In this document: piece by piece, positions 61,944-64,000 of the stretch
Position numbering within the stretch: the stretch's first letter is position 1
Layout: every line of letters begins with the position of its first letter
DNA from: Spirochaetales bacterium
GTDB taxonomy: Bacteria; Spirochaetota; GWE2-31-10
Length of the DNA: 64,000 nucleotides
NCBI GenBank assembly: GCA_017624275.1
Contig: JAGANG010000008.1
Location: 6,026 to 70,025 of the forward strand
Reading direction: 5' to 3'
The notes under the pieces: model-generated
What the model was told of the DNA's origin: nothing
The model's input: only the letters and a program-made list of their open reading frames with translations
Database searches by the model: none
Position numbers and translations under genes: made by a program

Positions 61944-62587
61944 ACAGCAAATATTTCCAGTGTGAATACGACGAACAATACTGTTATCCCAACTCATCTG
62001 TACTAAAAAACAAGCTAAATATTACACAGCAAGACAAACTTGATGAAGCTGAAAGACAAATCACAGCAGTAAAATTACTGGCATTAAAAATGTCACCTAT
62101 ACCTGGAAACCTAGATTTTAAACATCTTTGTGCAATCCATAGTTTTATATTTTCTGATATTTATAACTGGGCGGGGATTTCACGGTCGGTAAATATTTCA
62201 AAAGGAAATTTATTTTGTAATTTCAAATTTATAGACGGTGCAATAAACGACTTATTTACAAAACTAAAAAAAGAAAACTATTTGATAGGACTGCCTAAGA
62301 GCGAAATAGCCAAAAAACTTTCGTATTACATATCCGAACTAAATGCGATACATCCATTTCGTGAGGGAAACGGCAGAGTCCAACGAGTTTTTATAGAATA
62401 TCTGGCACAAGTCGCCGGGTATCATGCAGATTTTTCTGATGTCACAGCTCAAGAAATGATAGAAGCAAGCGTTGATTCATTCCTGATACATTACGAAAAA
62501 ATGGAAGCTCTGTTTGAAAAAATAACTACTCCGATTTCACAAAAAGAACAGCTTGCTTTTCAAAAAGCACTAAAAATAAAACTTTAG
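61928..62587 (+). CDS. Fic-domain AMPylase (class I, FicT-like)
   Basis: YCYPNSSVLKNKLNI, IH..IF.DIY.WAG..R, canonical HPFREGNGRVQR. Confidence 0.93.
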   Translation: MQDEVNSKYFQCEYDEQYCYPNSSVLKNKLNITQQDKLDEAERQITAVKLLALKMSPIPGNLDFKHLCAIHSFIFSDIYNWAGISRSVNISKGNLFCNFKFIDGAINDLFTKLKKENYLIGLPKSEIAKKLSYYISELNAIHPFREGNGRVQRVFIEYLAQVAGYHADFSDVTAQEMIEASVDSFLIHYEKMEALFEKITTPISQKEQLAFQKALKIKL

Positions 62588-63408
62588 TTCGGCAAAACAA
62601 GTACTTCCTTTTGAATAAATTCATCAATCAATTGATTAACCTTTTTCGGCATATCCGTATTCGAATTGTGCCCGGCTCCTTTAAGCCAAACCAAATTATG
62701 ACCGTCTTGTTTTGCCCATCGGCGATTGTAACTTTTTGCCGAACCGGCATTATCATTTGTTCCGCATAAAAGCAAAATCGGACATTTAATATCGTAAGGT
62801 TTGTCAGCTTCTACAGATTCAGCAAAAATTCTGGATCCGTGAGCAGATAATTCGCAATACTCTATCTTTTCATAACATGCCCAAGTTTCTTTCATTATTT
62901 TTCTGCCGTATTCAGTTTTTGAAGTTCCTACAATTCCCAATTTCAAAAGGAGCTTCCACGGAAAACTCATATACATCCATTTCGTTCTTTTTAATAATAC
63001 GAGTTCCCACCATGTATAATATTTACGCTTTAAAGAACACGAATCGATTGAAACAAAACCGCTTGCAGAATAAGGAAAAATTTCCATAAAAACCTGCGAA
63101 ATATATCCGCCTAAGGATTGCCCGATTAAAACCGGTTTAGAAATATTTTCTACTTGGAAAATATCATAAAGATACTTTGCCATATCTTCCATGGAAAACT
63201 TTAATTCAAAAGGTCTGGACTTACCGTGAGCCGGAGCGTCCCAAACAAAACAATTATATTTACCTGAAAAATATTCAATTTGCTTTTCAAACAAACGATT
63301 GTCCGCAGTCAATCCGGGAAGAAAAACCAAAGTCAATTGTGTCGAATCTATATCATTTATCCAATAATAAATTGTTCCAAGTCCGGTTCTAAAAGTTTTC
63401 TCAATCAT
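62584..63408 (-). CDS. Alpha/beta hydrolase
   Basis: FLPGL, D.P.HGKS, GQSLGG nucleophile elbow, AGH. Confidence 0.9.
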   Translation of the reverse strand: MIEKTFRTGLGTIYYWINDIDSTQLTLVFLPGLTADNRLFEKQIEYFSGKYNCFVWDAPAHGKSRPFELKFSMEDMAKYLYDIFQVENISKPVLIGQSLGGYISQVFMEIFPYSASGFVSIDSCSLKRKYYTWWELVLLKRTKWMYMSFPWKLLLKLGIVGTSKTEYGRKIMKETWACYEKIEYCELSAHGSRIFAESVEADKPYDIKCPILLLCGTNDNAGSAKSYNRRWAKQDGHNLVWLKGAGHNSNTDMPKKVNQLIDEFIQKEVLVLPN

Positions 63409-63442
63409 AAAATGCGATTGCCCTTTTTTTATCTATTTCGCT

Positions 63443-64000
63443 TTACTTACGATTTGCTTCTATCCAATTTACGGCAAAATCCACAAGTTCTCTTTGTTTC
63501 ATAAATGTGATTGTTCCGTTTCCGAGAACTGCTTTTTGGACTGAACAATTTTCTTCAAAAGCTTTACCGATATCTTCGAAATCTTCCCCGTCTACAAATA
63601 AAGTTTCGTAACTTTTCCAAACACGTTTTCCGTCTTCCATTATCGCACTGTGTTCAATACAATTATGTTTACCGGGATAATTTGCTCGTGCGTCGGCTAA
63701 ATGAATTGAAGTATTTTTGTCATAACCGACACCTAGTAATAAAACATATCCGTTCAAATCATAAAGTTTGCTAAGTGGCGATCCTTCTCCGAATATATTT
63801 GATAAATCATGATTTTCGATAATATGCTTTGCATTTTTTCCCCAAGCAGCAACTGATCTTGCCGGATGATCGCTACGCAAGGTTCCGTCCCATTTTCTAA
63901 ACATTTCAGCAACAGCTCCCATAGTGTTTGTAGGAGTAATATCTTTATTGTAAGCCGGCCAATTTTGACGAATAATATCGTGCCATTCTTCCGGTTCTTC
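63443..64000 (-). CDS. AAC(3)/YokD-family N-acetyltransferase, 5' end outside the window
   Basis: Frame is open to 64000 (PEEW..IIR..WPAY...TP...MG.VAE.FR), with RS.HP..S, SPL, LLLGVG...NTSIHLA. Confidence 0.88.
   Translation of the reverse strand, partial: EEPEEWHDIIRQNWPAYNKDITPTNTMGAVAEMFRKWDGTLRSDHPARSVAAWGKNAKHIIENHDLSNIFGEGSPLSKLYDLNGYVLLLGVGYDKNTSIHLADARANYPGKHNCIEHSAIMEDGKRVWKSYETLFVDGEDFEDIGKAFEENCSVQKAVLGNGTITFMKQRELVDFAVNWIEANRK

Noticed and set aside
63443-64000. Bona fide aminoglycoside resistance gene (likewise nim at 1-125)
   Set aside because: Family membership alone does not show resistance; YokD-like and Nim-like homologues are widespread.

Overview
AT-rich bacterial chromosomal region, most likely from a spirochaete (GyrB carries the [10 protein letters not shown] variant, and there are Treponema-style lipoproteins and an FGE/CLec protein). 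All product calls rest on motifs recognised by eye; no database search was run. Housekeeping and metabolic content: a TPP-riboswitch-controlled thiS-thiF-thiG-thiH-thiE-like operon, argC, a short argA-like GNAT, gyrB and gyrA (about 50 kb apart), recD, cca, asnS, thrH, ychF and comEC. Signalling content: a soluble [FeFe]-hydrogenase-like/MCP fusion, a membrane MCP and a REC-STAS-like-REC protein. Surface content: two glycosyltransferases, a lipoprotein plus barrel-like protein pair, and two tandem giant (~2800 aa) Ig-repeat lipoproteins, one ending in a CBM26-like module. No rRNA, tRNA, CRISPR array, transposase or reverse transcriptase was seen. The most unusual signal is non-coding: a 106-bp x 4.8 tandem array (28497-29005) whose fold (tandem-GA hairpin plus GNA-loop hairpin) recurs at 37497-37605 in sequence-diverged, covarying and nested form. 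Other leads: a FicTA-like module directly behind gyrA, near-matching promoter spacers on the separated gyrA and gyrB genes, a possible remote DGR target, and a candidate anti-SD sRNA.
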